Made by a program: the position numbers and the translations under genes. The notes beneath the pieces were generated by a model that saw only the letters and a list, made by a program, of their open reading frames with translations, did no database searches and was not told the DNA's origin. A stretch of 64,000 nucleotides of DNA from Antedon mediterranea (Eukaryota; Animalia; Echinodermata): assembly GCF_964355755.1 (NCBI RefSeq), contig NC_092672.1, positions 8,308,001 to 8,372,000 on the forward strand, in the 5' to 3' direction. Numbering within the stretch: position 1 is the first letter of the stretch; each line of letters begins with the position of its first letter. Positions 16,799 to 29,302 of the stretch are shown piece by piece.

Positions 16799-19700
16799 AT
16801 GGCTGATTATGAGAGTGTTCTGTGTGTAAAACCAGAAGCATTTGTCTACAAAATTCCACCAAGAGCCACAAATAGAGGTTACAGGTAATATGGCATATTT
16901 TTTAAAGAAATAGTATTGCATTTTTTGACATAATAAGTAAAGGCCGGTGCTAGGCTAGGTAGGCTGCGAGTGAAATGTTGACCGAATTACGTGGACCCGT
17001 AGTGCAGGTGGGAGGGTATTTATATGGAGGAATTAGTCGCCTAGGCTAGGCTGGATGTTTTTTTTGTTGACAAAGTGAATTAGGTAAGTCTAATTGGCCT
17101 ATTAACCATACCTAGTTAATGTTTATATGGTTAAGCCTAGTAGGCTAGCTGTGTTTAAAACTAAAAATCAATTTAATTTATATTATTGTTTGTTTTAATA
17201 CCATTTTCAAGAAATAAAATCTTGTTTACTTGTTTACTGAATTCAGGTCTCCTGCGTATAACCTATAGGTCTAGGCCTAGGGGCCAACCAAGCATAAATG
17301 CTTATAGGCCCATCGTGAAAAAAGACATTATCTATACATTACTAATCTTCCTGAAAGTTTGAAGAATATTCCCCTTCTGTCTACGGTACAGGTACTGTAG
17401 GTAAATTTAAAGCTATTAATCTGGTTTCATATGGCAAATGTTTAAACTCTAAAAACATGCAAGTAGCACGTTGCTGCACTTTTCTAGAATTCTTTTTTTA
17501 ATTTGAAGGAGTAAACTATGTTACAGTATTCAAGAGGAGGCCTTATAATTGCCTTCAATATAACTTCACCATCCCTTTTGTCTTTAAAAAATATAACAAT
17601 CTGTTGATCTAAGCTTTTGGTAACATCAGCAAGATGAGCAACAAAATTCAACTCTGGATCAAAGGTTATTAACAACTGCTCCCTGCTTTGAGTTCAATGT
17701 TGTTCATGTAAAATATTGGAAATCAGGATTACGCCTGCCATAATGGATAAATTTACATTTAACTTTGTTAAAAGGCATCCCTGCCATTTTTTCGACCATG
17801 CAGACAACGCGTCAATATCAACTTGAAAGTTTATCTTCATCCTAATTTACGATTCTAAAAAGCTTTCTATCATCGGCGCACAATTTAACATCGGAAGAAG
17901 TAACCATCAATAAATCATTGATAAAGGCTAAGAAAAGGATAGGCCTGAGAACACATCAGATTTAGAAGAAAGGTGACCATTGCAGTAACTTTTTTGAGAT
18001 CTTCCAGAAAGATAGGCACTAATCTAGTTCAACAGACCTCCACTGATCCCAAAACTAGCAAATTTGACTAAAAGATGTTGATGGGGCACAGAGTCAAAAT
18101 CATTAAAAACAAGCACGAATGTGCAATACTCGGGGTACAGCAAAAGAAGCTGTAATGACGTCATAAGACCGGATGTAACGTCACATACACATCAATAACC
18201 GCGCTAACAAATACTGCTATACGGTACCATCTTCGAGACGTCATATGGCTGCATCCGGTATGAAATTAAAAAATCCGGCTCTATAGCTTTGAGGACATGT
18301 CCCTGTAGTATATTCATGCTAAATTCGAGCTCAATAGGCCTACTACAACGAATAAGGGAGGAGTAGTACTTTATAAATCGCACTTTTTGCTCAATAGTGT
18401 CCGGATGGAAGAAGAAGAGGAAAAGATGTCCAAGACTCAGGTACCCCGAGTAATAAAACGAGATATACTCTACCGTATATCATTTTACGTATACAGTAAT
18501 AGTATATTTCACCATAAAGTTAAAGAAAAATAGGTTTCGCTAGGGCTCGAACCGGGACCTTCTGCGTGATAAGCAGACTTGACAACCACTACACTACGAA
18601 ACCTCTTACATTAAAAATGTGGGTTACAGAAAGTTTTTTAATCCATTTAAATTACAAATAAATGGTAATAAGCACAAAGCAAAATAAACATGTGTAAAAG
18701 TGATAATTACCGATTACACAAAATAAGTATTTAAAAAAATAATAAAAATAAGATATACTCTGTATAATTATCATATTGCGTATACAGTACTTTTCACCAT
18801 AAAGTTAAAAAAAAAGGTTTCGTCCGGGCTCGAACCAGGTACCTTCTGCGTGTTAAGCAAACGTGATAACCACTACGCCAAGAATCCGCATATAACCATA
18901 TAACTACATAACGCTGTGGTGTGTGTCACACATTGTGGCTTCTTAATTAAACAAATTAATTAACAAAAAATTAAAAATCCGGCTCTATAGCTTTGAGGAC
19001 ATGTCCCTGTAGTATGTTCATGCCAAATCCCAGCTCAATACTATAACGAATAAGGGAGGAGTAGTACTTTAAAAATCGCGCTTTTTACTCAATAGTGTCC
19101 AGATGGAGGAAGAGAAGGAGAAAATGAGTAAGTACTAGACTCGGGTACCCCGAGTAAAAATTGATATGTAGGCCTTCATGCTGTTAGAGAACAGACGTCA
19201 ACTGCTTTGTGATTGGTCCTCACATGAACGTAAACATCAATAATTGAGGAGATCCGGCCTCCCTCTTGCCCTCGTAAACTTAAAAAAACATCCCTCTAAG
19301 AAAATGATACGTAAAGACGATGATGAGTAAAAAATTGTTAAAATCCCACAAAAAAGTATAAAAAACCCTTGGGGCCATAGGCTCATCACTATACCACCAA
19401 GCCATCCAGCTCGTCAATCGAATTGGGTTTTACTTTGTATATGGATGAATAAGCTTGGTTCCCACTAGGACAAAATTCAAGAACGTACAGTAAGTGCAAT
19501 GCAACCGAATTGACCATTGACAAAAGACTTAAATAATCTTGAAAAATAAAGTTACTTTAGGCCTATGCTAGTAATAGTTTGGGCTAATTATCACTGACAA
19601 TTCTTAGACCACACTACTTCAGCTACTACTACTAGCTAAGGCCTACCTAGTATGTGGTGTACAGTATACTTCGAAGAGGCCGATTTTATGTAAACGCATA

Positions 19701-22700
19701 CTGTGTAAATAAATATTTTTTTTTTTCCATTTTTATTTTTCCACTGATAATTATGACATGACATGAACTAGGCCTACTGCATAGTAACTGCTTTCATAAA
19801 AATCCTAATCTTGTAGGTCGTACTGTAGTTGGTAGTACTTCTGGCAAAGCCATTATATAGTCTTAAAATAACATTTGGATTGGTAGCTTTACAGTGCAAT
19901 TCTCACCCTGATTTTTGTTTATATATGCATAATACAAATACTTGCTGTCAATGTATTGTTACTAGTTAGTACAAACTAAAATTCATAGCTAATTATCCCA
20001 GTAGAGGATACAGTGGGCCTACTCTAAAGAAAGAAAGACTTGTGTTGTAAAATTCACATGGTTTAAGTTACAGAACAGGAATATTGTGTTAAAATTGTAA
20101 AGTCACTTCCTGAAGTTTGTGGTTGAAGTCTCTAATAAAAGTAATTTGAATTATTGTTCCATATGATGACCTCTAACCTAATGCAATGATCAATTTGTTA
20201 CAATCACAATTTCTGCTTTCCAACAAACATGATGACAATTTTGCAACATCCATTAATGTATAAATTTTTTTGAAGAAAAACAACATTTTGTTACTAACAT
20301 GTCTATAATTACAAAAATTGAATAAAATTAACAAATTGATTTAATTATATTACATCAAATAAATAATTCATTTATAAGTATAAATATTATATTAATAAAT
20401 AAATAATTTCTTTTAAAAAAATCTCATAACATACGCCTTCTCACAAACAATTTCTTTAATATAATACAATCATCTTAACTGTTTTTGATTTTTAATGAAT
20501 TCATTTATTTTCGGTATTCAGTATCTGTTTAAAATTTCTTCTGTGCCTGTAAATTTTATAAATTAAAAAGTTTTCTTATTTTAATACGTTTATTAGAATT
20601 CAATTTACTGTGAAAAAGATAACTGTACAATGATGATGAAGTATACCATGAAGTTCCTCCTTTTTTTGCTTAAATAGTGACAATGTTTTTTTTTTAAATT
20701 ACATTAAATTAATTTGTTATTGTAGTTACCTTGATTGTTATTACTGTATGATTTTGCAATTGAAATGAATGGTTAAAGAATAATGTGTATTTTAAATATT
20801 CTCACCCAGTGTTTTTTCAATAACAAATTCAATGTTGATTTTTAGAGCTGCAGACTGGAAGCTTGATGCGCCTGACTGGACAGGGAGGTTAAAGGTCATT
20901 GCAAAAGGAAAATCATGTTTTGTAAGGTTAGAAGACAAAACATCAGGTAACATTGATTTATTTATAATTATTAAATACACATTATTTTGAGAAATCTAAT
21001 ATGCATCTAAAGCCTAAAGTATAGACTATATATCAATCTATTGACAAACAAAAGTGTGATGTGTCCATATATGGCAGTGATATGATGTCATCGTATCCAT
21101 ATATGGGTACATCAAATTTATAGTTTGATAGTGTAGCCAGAGCTTGAAGCCTAGTAGTATACTATCAAACAAGTTTGACATAAAAGTGTGATGTGCCCAT
21201 ATATGGCAGTGATATGATGTCATCGTATCCATATATGGGTACATCAAATTTATAGTTTGATAGTGTAGCCAGAGCTTGAAGCCTAGTAGTATACTATCAA
21301 ACAAGTTTGACATAAAAGTGTGATGTGTCCATATATGGCAGTGATATGATGTCATCGTATCCATATATGGGTACATCAAATTTATAGTTTGATAGTGTAG
21401 CCAGAGCTTTAAGCCTAGTAGTATACTATCAAACAAGTTTGACATAAAAGTGGGATGTGTCCATATATGGCAGTGATATGATGTCATCGTATCCATATAT
21501 GGGTACATCAAATTTATAGTTTGATAGTGTAGCCAGAGCTTTAAGCCTAGTAGTATACTATCAAACAAGTTTGACATAAAAGTGTGATGTGCCCATATAT
21601 GGCAGTGATATGATGTCATCGTATCCATATATGGGTACATCAAATTTATAGTTTGATAGTGTAGCCAGAGCTTTAAGCCTAGTAGTATACTATCAAACAA
21701 GTTTGACATAAAAGTGTGATGTGTCCATATATGGCAGTGATATGATGTCATCGTATCCATATATGGGTACATCAAATTTATAGTTTGATGGTGTAGCCAG
21801 AGCTTTAAGCCTAGTAGTATACTATCAAACAAGTTTGACATAAAAGTGGGATGTGCCCATATATGGCAGTGATATGATGTCATCGTATCCATATATGGGT
21901 ACATCAAATTTATAGTTTGATGGTGTAGCCAGAGCTTTAAGCCTAGTAGTATACTATCAAACAAGTTTGACATAAAAGTGTGATGTGCCCATATATGGCA
22001 GTGATATGATGTCATCGTATCCATATATGGGTACATCAAATTTATAGTTTGATAGTGTAGCCAGAGCTTTAAGCCTAGTAGTATACTATCAAACAAGTTT
22101 GACATAAAAGTGGGATGTGTCCAAATATGGTACAGTAGTTGGTATGACATCATCATGTCCTTATATGGGCACATCATATTTTTTGTCACATTAAGTTTGA
22201 TAGTGTAGACAGAACTTGAAATGATTGAATATGAACATTAATACACTTTTGTTTATTAAGGCGAGCTGTTTGCTGAGTGCCCGGTAGATAGTCATCCTGG
22301 TGTGGCTGTTGAAGGCGTTATGGATTCTAGTCGATACTTTGTGCTTAGAATTGAGGATGGCAATGGTAGGTAGTGGTGAATGGTATAAAGCCAAAGATGG
22401 GGAGGGGCAAGAAAGAGGCGCGTGTTTGTAGGGACTTTCATGTTTGAGAAAATGTCATATTGGATCAATTTTGCAGCATGGCTTAAGTGTAACAATAGTG
22501 ATTCTGTAGCAGCTAATATGTTGACAGTCCTTGTAGGTATACTGTCATGATATGAGTGCTTTTCCTTAATAAATGGCATGGTATTTCTAGGCCTAGGTCA
22601 CCTTAACATGATGCTGAAGTCCTTGTAGGGAATAGGTATACTGTCATGATATAAGTGCTTTTCCTTAATAAATGACATGGTATTTCTAGGCCTAGCTCAC

Positions 22701-25700
22701 CTTAACATGATGCTGAAGACAGCTCTGTTTCTTCTGAAAGGAAAATAGCATTGTAAAATAAACTGTTATTCCTATGTTAATTCTAGATTTAAATATTCTT
22801 TTTTGACATTGTAGATACTGTAGATTGATTTACAGATTCATAAATAATAGTTACAAGTAATTTACAAATTCTTATCAAGCGAGTCAATTATTATTTCTTA
22901 AGTTAACTTCCAAAATGCATTATTATTTTTGTAGGTAGGAAAGCATTTATTGGTGTTGGGTTTGCAGACAGAGGTGACTCTTTTGATTTTAATGTTGCAC
23001 TCCAAGATCATTTCAAGTAAGGCATTAATATGCATATACATTTTAGGAATACTCTCTGAAGCTCTCTATCTAAACTTTATGTGACAAAAAAAATGTGAAA
23101 TGCCCATATATGGACACCTTGACTATCACTACCATATTTGGGCACATCACACTTTTTTTGTCAAACTTGTTTGATAGTGTAGACAGAGCTGAGGCTCTTA
23201 ATATCAGTCTATAAATTGGATTCTGTGCATTGCTGTATCTTAACACTTTGACTGCCAAACACGAAGATCTTCGTTTTTGGAAACACAACGCTTGACTGCC
23301 AAAAACGAAGATCTTCGTTTTTCGCGTTTTTTTACGAAATCCGGTAGATAGGTTAATTATTGGTATATACTATAAATATGAACACTATATTCGGTCCGGA
23401 CCGTCAACTTTTTACAATTTGAAAGTAACTAATCTGGTTACGAACGACTGTCAAAATGGTACCTGTCGAAATAACAAACACCGCGCATCACAGTAGCGCG
23501 TAGAGCAATGGCTTGGCGCATTGTGTATCGGTCGCGCGCTAGCTATGCCGCCGAAGCATTACAAAGGTTTTTGTGGATTGACATGTTTGTTGGTTATCTG
23601 AATAAAAAATAATGGAGTCATTTTCAATATGAAGTCTTTAATTTTATTATTGTATGTATACCCTAATTGTTTTGGTGTTTTACTGAAAGTGACCGAGTTT
23701 CACGCCACAAACTTGTTTTGAAATGGTATGGTTATTATCATCAGTTTACTATCTCCTAGCTAGCTAGGCCTAAGCTAGTAGTACTAGGCTAGCCTAGCCC
23801 TAGTCGTAAAACGGTTCCGGACCAACTTTAGGCCTGGTTAACTAGGCCTGGTGTCTTTACTATGTGGATTTTGGCGAAACATTGATGTAAGATTTATGAT
23901 TTATAAAATGTAATACATTTTTCGATAGTGATAACTTGTTTTTATAGGCCTATCGGTGCCGTGTAAATAACTTTTTCGTTGTTTGTTGATCTCACCGGGC
24001 GATATTTTCATATTGTGATGTCTTGCACAAAATCGCGAATATCTCGACTTTCTTGCGCGAAACTACGAAAAATTCAAAAAGTGGGTTACTTTCATTTTAC
24101 TATTACGATTTACATATTGCGATTTAAAAATCGTTCTTGGTACCATTGTAAAGCTAAAATCTTTATGATTATTTTAGTCTAAATTATATATAAATCAGAT
24201 CACATACATGGTTTCAATCAGCTTTAATAAAAACATCGAATTGGGCTAAAAACGCTGGCGGTGGCAGTTTCTAACTGGAAAAACCTCTGGCAGTCAAAGT
24301 GTTAATCAACATTATTTTGTTTATTAATTTCACCACAAAAAACTGGTATTCTATTAGATATTTGTGATAATAAAAGATACTATTGTTAATTTTGTTTGAT
24401 AGATGGATTAAACAAGAGAAGAAGATTGAGGATGAACAAAAACAGGCAGCATTAGACCCAGCACCGAAATTGGATTTAGGGTTTAAAGAAGGACAAACGA
24501 TCACCATCAATATAGGAGGTGGCGCAGTAAGTTAATCAGCACATTAGTAATAGGTTTTCCTTATAAGGGATGAGATGACATGATCTTTTTAAGCTCTGTC
24601 TACACTATAAACTTTATGTGACAAAAAAATGTGATGTGCCCATATATGGACATGATGATGTCACTATCATATTTGGGCACACCACTAGTTTTATAGTGTA
24701 GACAGAGCTTTACATTAAGGGTTTCTCCCGCCAGGCTAAAGACTGTTTTGATACGCTCTCCATTTAGCTTAATCTTATCTAGCAGCAACCTAAGAAACTT
24801 CTTCTTTTGGCCACTCAATAAATTACAATTATGTGTGCCAAAAAAAGTTGATAAAAAGATATTTACATTAGTGTTTAGGGTGGATAGTAAGTTAAAATTA
24901 AGGGCAGAAGACCATAAAATTAGCTTGTGGCTTTGGGTGGAATACCATAAAGGGCCAATTTACACAGAACGGTAATCAGTAAGTGGAAAACTGCATTGCT
25001 TGTCCCACATAGATTGTGTATCTATCCTAAGCGGAAACCACTCATCGCGTAGTGTGTAAATGGTCATAAGGAATAAAAACATAGATTATGTCATGTCCTT
25101 ATATGGGCACATCATTTTTTGTCACATTAAGTTTGATAGTGTAGACAGAACTTGAAATGATTGAATATGAACAAGTTTATGACAAAGAAACCCTTTATGT
25201 CTGTGTAAATTGGCCTTTAGGCTTTCCCATCATGTACACTGCACAACTAAATACATTGCCGGGAGTCATTACAAAATGGAAAAGCAATCTCGCATGTTTA
25301 CCCATAAATTTATATTTTGAATCTTAATATTTTTCAGAACAAAAAATCAGCAGCCAGGCCCAGATCGGGTCCTGGAGGAGCACCTGGTCTCTTGCCACCA
25401 CCACCTGGGGCCAAGGCTGGTTTTATAGCACCACCACCATCTAGGCCTACAGAACAACCCAGTCAACCAGTACCACAGCAGCAGCAACAGCAACAGTTTA
25501 ACCAACCAGATTTATTAGGTAGGATCTTCATTTCAAGAGTCTTCATTTTCCATATATATATATATCTATTTTCCATTTTCTATATGCTACTTATATACTG
25601 TATATGTACAGTATTTGATCCAAATCATGACATCATTAACATAATTATTTTATATGGAAAAAAATTGCAAGATAGCTTTAATGCATACTGTAGTAAGTAT

Positions 25701-27037
25701 AAAGATAGAAAATTTTGCGCGCATTAATTTTGAAGTGATTAAAATTTGCAAAAGTTTGATGCCGCAAATAATTTTCAGGAAATTTTAACACGAGGGTTGC
25801 GCATACGATGATGGACGCTATTTTGTTACTACAATACATAACTATGAAAAAAACGTCCTGTAACATTAAGGTCACGGCCATGATGGATTGACGAGACAGT
25901 ATTTACTTACTTATTTACTTTATTTACATACATAGCGCTGCGCTCCTGATCTTAATTTATGTAATTATTGTCATGCGTTATGCATGATTTCTGGCTTAAC
26001 AATTAACATGTTGAGAAAAAAAATAAATACCTGCACTTAATGTGTTTTTTCTCATTGTACATTAAATATATTAAATTGTTTGTTAGGAGGATTTGCATCC
26101 GCTTTTTCACAACCAAGTAGACCAAACCCAAACATTGACCTTCTTGGGGGAGTAAGTTCAACGACCCAACAACAGAATTCAGATTGGGGCGACTTCACCA
26201 GTGCAAACACTCAGTAAGTATTGTTTAGTTTATTAGTTTATTCTGGTTTATTAAAAACAAAGACATGGCAGTACAAAACTGAATTGCGTCCAGTAACATA
26301 AACATAAAAAATATATCAAAAACGAGCAAGATTTACAAAAACATCCAATATAAAAATATATATATATATATATATAAAAAATGCATTAAAAAAAATAAAG
26401 AATATACAATTACAAATTTACAAAGATATATATCAAAAACGAGCAAAATTACACAACCATCTAATATAAAAATATATATATATACACATAAATTCATGTG
26501 TATTGCATCCATCAAATGATCAATGTTTGTCCAATTTAAAATCCTATTTAAATTGTTTATTGGCACTATATAATTCATTAATCCAAGTACAGTTTACAAA
26601 TATTTTGTCTTCACCTTCCTATTTTAAATTTTATCAGACATGTATTATATTTGTGATATACTGGCCAATTTACACAGATGAGCAGTGATGGTAATAAAAA
26701 TATAGAATCTATGTTATTTTTTTATGGACATTTACAAAAAGCTTGAACCGAACAGGCCATTTCTACTGATGCTATGGGATGGTTTTTTCGCTTATCGCTA
26801 CCACTTGGCTGTGTAAATTTTCCTTATTCATTGGTTATTTGGAGTGACCAAGAAAATGTTTCTTCCATCACAATTTGACAGGCCAGTCATTATTATAATA
26901 TTTATATTATTATCGATATTAATATGTGACAATAAATTACTTTCCATGTACAAAACCGATCTTATAACTATTTTACCACCATTTCTATAATCAGACCAGC
27001 TTCCAATACCAATCAAACAGGATGGGTCCAGTTCTGA
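16799..27037 (+). CDS. NECAP: Adaptin ear-binding coat-associated protein (NECAP1/2 orthologue); exons 16799-16884, 20846-20946, 22261-22365, 22935-23016, 24403-24526, 25338-25518, 26087-26213, 26995-27037
   Basis: [44 protein letters not shown].../[78 protein letters not shown]/ Pro-rich LLPPPP / DWGDF / terminal GWVQF-stop. This is the PHear domain plus the WxxF motifs; all GT-AG phases are consistent. Confidence 0.96.
17480..17965 (-). mobile_element. Degenerate CR1/L2-clade LINE reverse-transcriptase fragment
   Basis: The minus-strand translation gives [44 protein letters not shown] and [14 protein letters not shown]. These match the GPILFLIFINDL..LFADDTK, FNxxKCKxxHxG and VRPxLEY motifs of CR1-type RT; frames are disrupted. 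Confidence 0.8.
18532..18603 (-). pseudogene. tRNA-Val-derived pseudogene (anticodon mutated AAC->ATC)
   Basis: Reverse complement GGTTTCGTAGTGTAGTGGTTGTCAAGTCTGCTTATCACGCAGAAGGTCCCGGTTCGAGCCCTAGCGAAACC. Acceptor and anticodon stems are intact, A/B boxes are present, D and T stems are broken, and a T-run follows. Confidence 0.75.
18815..18887 (-). tRNA. tRNA-Val(AAC)-like gene, probably a pseudogene
   Basis: Reverse complement GGATTCTTGGCGTAGTGGTTATCACGTTTGCTTAACACGCAGAAGGTACCTGGTTCGAGCCCGGACGAAACC. Anticodon loop TTAACAC, B box GGTTCGAGCC and an oligo-T terminator are present; there are two acceptor-stem mismatches. Confidence 0.6.
21038..22216. repeat. 132-bp tandem array (~9 units) derived from MITE family A, in NECAP intron 2
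   Basis: ACTATCAAACAAGTTTGACA recurs at 21161, 21293, 21425, 21557, 21689, 21821, 21953 and 22085. The unit contains the MITE core (GTGTGATGTGCCCATATATGG..GTTTGATAGTGTAG.CAGAGCTT). Confidence 0.95.
22527..22718. repeat. ~100-bp direct tandem duplication in NECAP intron 3
   Basis: GTCCTTGTAGG..TATACTGTCATGATAT.AGTGCTTTTCCTTAATAAATG.CATGGTATTTCTAGGCCTAG.TCACCTTAACATGATGCTGAAG occurs twice. Confidence 0.85.
23244..24301. mobile_element. Non-autonomous piggyBac-like element
   Basis: TTAA-CACTTTGACTGCCA ... TGGCAGTCAAAGTG-TTAA: a 14-bp perfect TIR with TTAA TSDs at 23240-23243 and 24302-24305. No transposase ORF. Confidence 0.85.
24949..25219. mobile_element. Short TIR MITE (related partial copy at ~11969-12110)
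   Basis: AAAGGGCCAATTTACACAGA / TCTGTGTAAATTGGCCTTT inverted ends. The internal GCGGAAAC..GTGTGTAAATGGT.ATA.GGAATAA segment is shared with the ~12.0 kb copy. Confidence 0.6.
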
Positions 27038-29111
27038 ACTTGTTTCCTAAGCAACGAAGCGGCAAATATTCCGATGGGGCTAAAACGACCGTAGCCTCAG
27101 TAAGTAGATCATTCCATTGTAGATTAAAACTGTAACAGGTCGAAGGTTGAATAAAATGAATATTCATGTCAAAGGTTAAAGGTTACAATCATGGTGATTT
27201 GCAAATTTCACTAATGACCTTTGATATTTTTGTATAATCTAATTGACATTGAATGTGGGGTTTCTTTGTAATCCTTTTACTTGATGCTAATGAGAAAGTA
27301 GTTCAATTATCTTATGAAGTGATATACAATAAAAATAAATGAAGAGGTTTTTTGCAATAAATGATCATGTTAATACTAGTGAAGTGAACCTCTGCTTAAA
27401 TCCCCTTTATGTACTAGATATGTTCCTAATGCACATAAAATAATATTATATAAATACTGTATGTAGTTTAAGAAGTTTAAGAAAAAAATATTTTAGCTAT
27501 CGAATATCCAAGTGCTGAGTGTTTCCAACTAAGTGGATAGAATTACAAATAAAGTACATTAGTAGGCACACTGTGACTTGCCTGGACTGACGGAAAAAGG
27601 ATGATTTTTAAAATGTACTACAATATAGTATGGTTATAATTATATATCAGAAAATCGCACGACTTTCAGGCCTACTGTATCATGTCACATTCATTTTTAA
27701 TAAGGCCGTTTACTGTAATAGTGTATTATTGACTGGCGTTGTTTATTTTATCAGGAATTGTATAACTATGGCCAGTTTACCAATATGAATTAAACGAATG
27801 TGATTATGATGTGAATGCGCATTGTCAATGGGAAAACTTGCTTTGAAAATAAATTACAAAATAGTCTTCTATGGGAGGGAGTTGGATATTTTTGCTTGTG
27901 CTTAATTTTTGCTATTGATTTATTTCCATGCTAATTAAGGACGTGCAAAAATATATGACATTATTCATTTTGTAATATTTTTTCATGCTTCAATGATTAT
28001 TCATGTTTAGCTTTTCTTTCATTGGTTGAGTTATATACGGTACATTAATTTATATCTTTAAACATCCATGTGCATGTGGTTGAAAAGTGTAAAATCTACA
28101 GCGGCACAAGAAATGATCATTGAAATGTCGCTATAACAATTATTTTTTATGATCATTTTAAAAACTGAATTGAACAATGTATGTTTTTTGTTGCTTTAAA
28201 ATATTTCAAATGTACAATAAGTTTCTGTTAAAACATGTTGGTAGTACTGTTCATTATTTTACAAACAGCAATTTCAATAACACTGTAAATACTTAGTAAT
28301 TGACCTATCCTACATATTAAACTTCCAGGTTAAAAAAGTAACTACATAACATGCCATCAGATGTGTCTAGGTGGTCCACTTGCTTGTGTATTTTTATGTT
28401 TCTTTAAAATAAATAATTCATGTTTAAAGTTGAAACATAGTACAGTAGTAGTACAGTATTTAAAATGGCACTTCTTACCTCTATGTTAAAACTTACTAGT
28501 TCCCTATCCTAAGCCAAGAACTGACGCAGCTAAACCACTAGATATTCCAGACTGTTTAATATTTTTACATTTTTTGTGCTTGAATATCTAAATAGTATTA
28601 TAAAAAAACAGCTTTTTTTCCATTTCCCTGTATTGATGAATAACGTTTGATTTGAATTTTTTTTAATTTATTAAAGAATTTGGATTATGAAATTATTTAA
28701 GAGAGTAAATTAGTAATTAAAACTAAAGTTTATGTTTTGATTGATATAATATAAACTATTTTATTAAATTATTACAATGTTATATTAATGAAATTCCTAA
28801 ATACATTTTTTCCAATAGTCATTGACACATGTAAAAATGAATGAAAGTCAGTTTGATCATTGTATTCTACATTGTCATCATGAATGTTGTAAAGGATTTT
28901 GTCATGAGTTCAAAATTCATTATAATATAGATATATTTTATGATATACTGAAATGTAGGTCCTTGTAGGTTGTATATAAACTCATTCCACCTGATATACT
29001 GATTTGTGTTATTTATTTGTGTATGATAATCTACTAACCAACCGAAGGTAACCGTATCATGTTGGGAAAATGCTGTTTTCTCAATTGAGAACTCTACAGT
29101 TTAAGTCAGAG

Positions 29112-29302
29112 CAAGGCAATCAATCAACAGGACACTGAGCTCGCCTTGCCAAGATAGGAACTCGTAACAGTCCTTTGATCTTATGTCTGGCTGCAACAAA
29201 TACAGCAGACACTATGTACATATATTTTTTGCGGCACGGTTAAGGGGCTAGAATGAACAGGTAAACCCTTTGATCTCCGGAGCTCAGTATTCTGTTGCCT
29301 TG
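29112..29302. mobile_element. P-superfamily-like MITE with 7-bp TSD (family B)
   Basis: CAAGGCAA...TTGCCTTG termini with TSD GTCAGAG on both sides. Related copies lie at ~11686-11800, ~39748-39955 and 60180-60411. Confidence 0.75.

Noticed and set aside
18532-18603. Functional tRNA-Asp(ATC) by anticodon switch
   Set aside because: The body is tRNA-Val with broken D- and T-stem pairs, so a point mutation in a decaying copy is the simpler explanation.
21038-22189. 383-aa repetitive ORF on the minus strand
   Set aside because: It is a by-product of a 132-bp MITE-derived tandem array inside a NECAP intron, with no signal peptide, processing sites or unique coding flanks.
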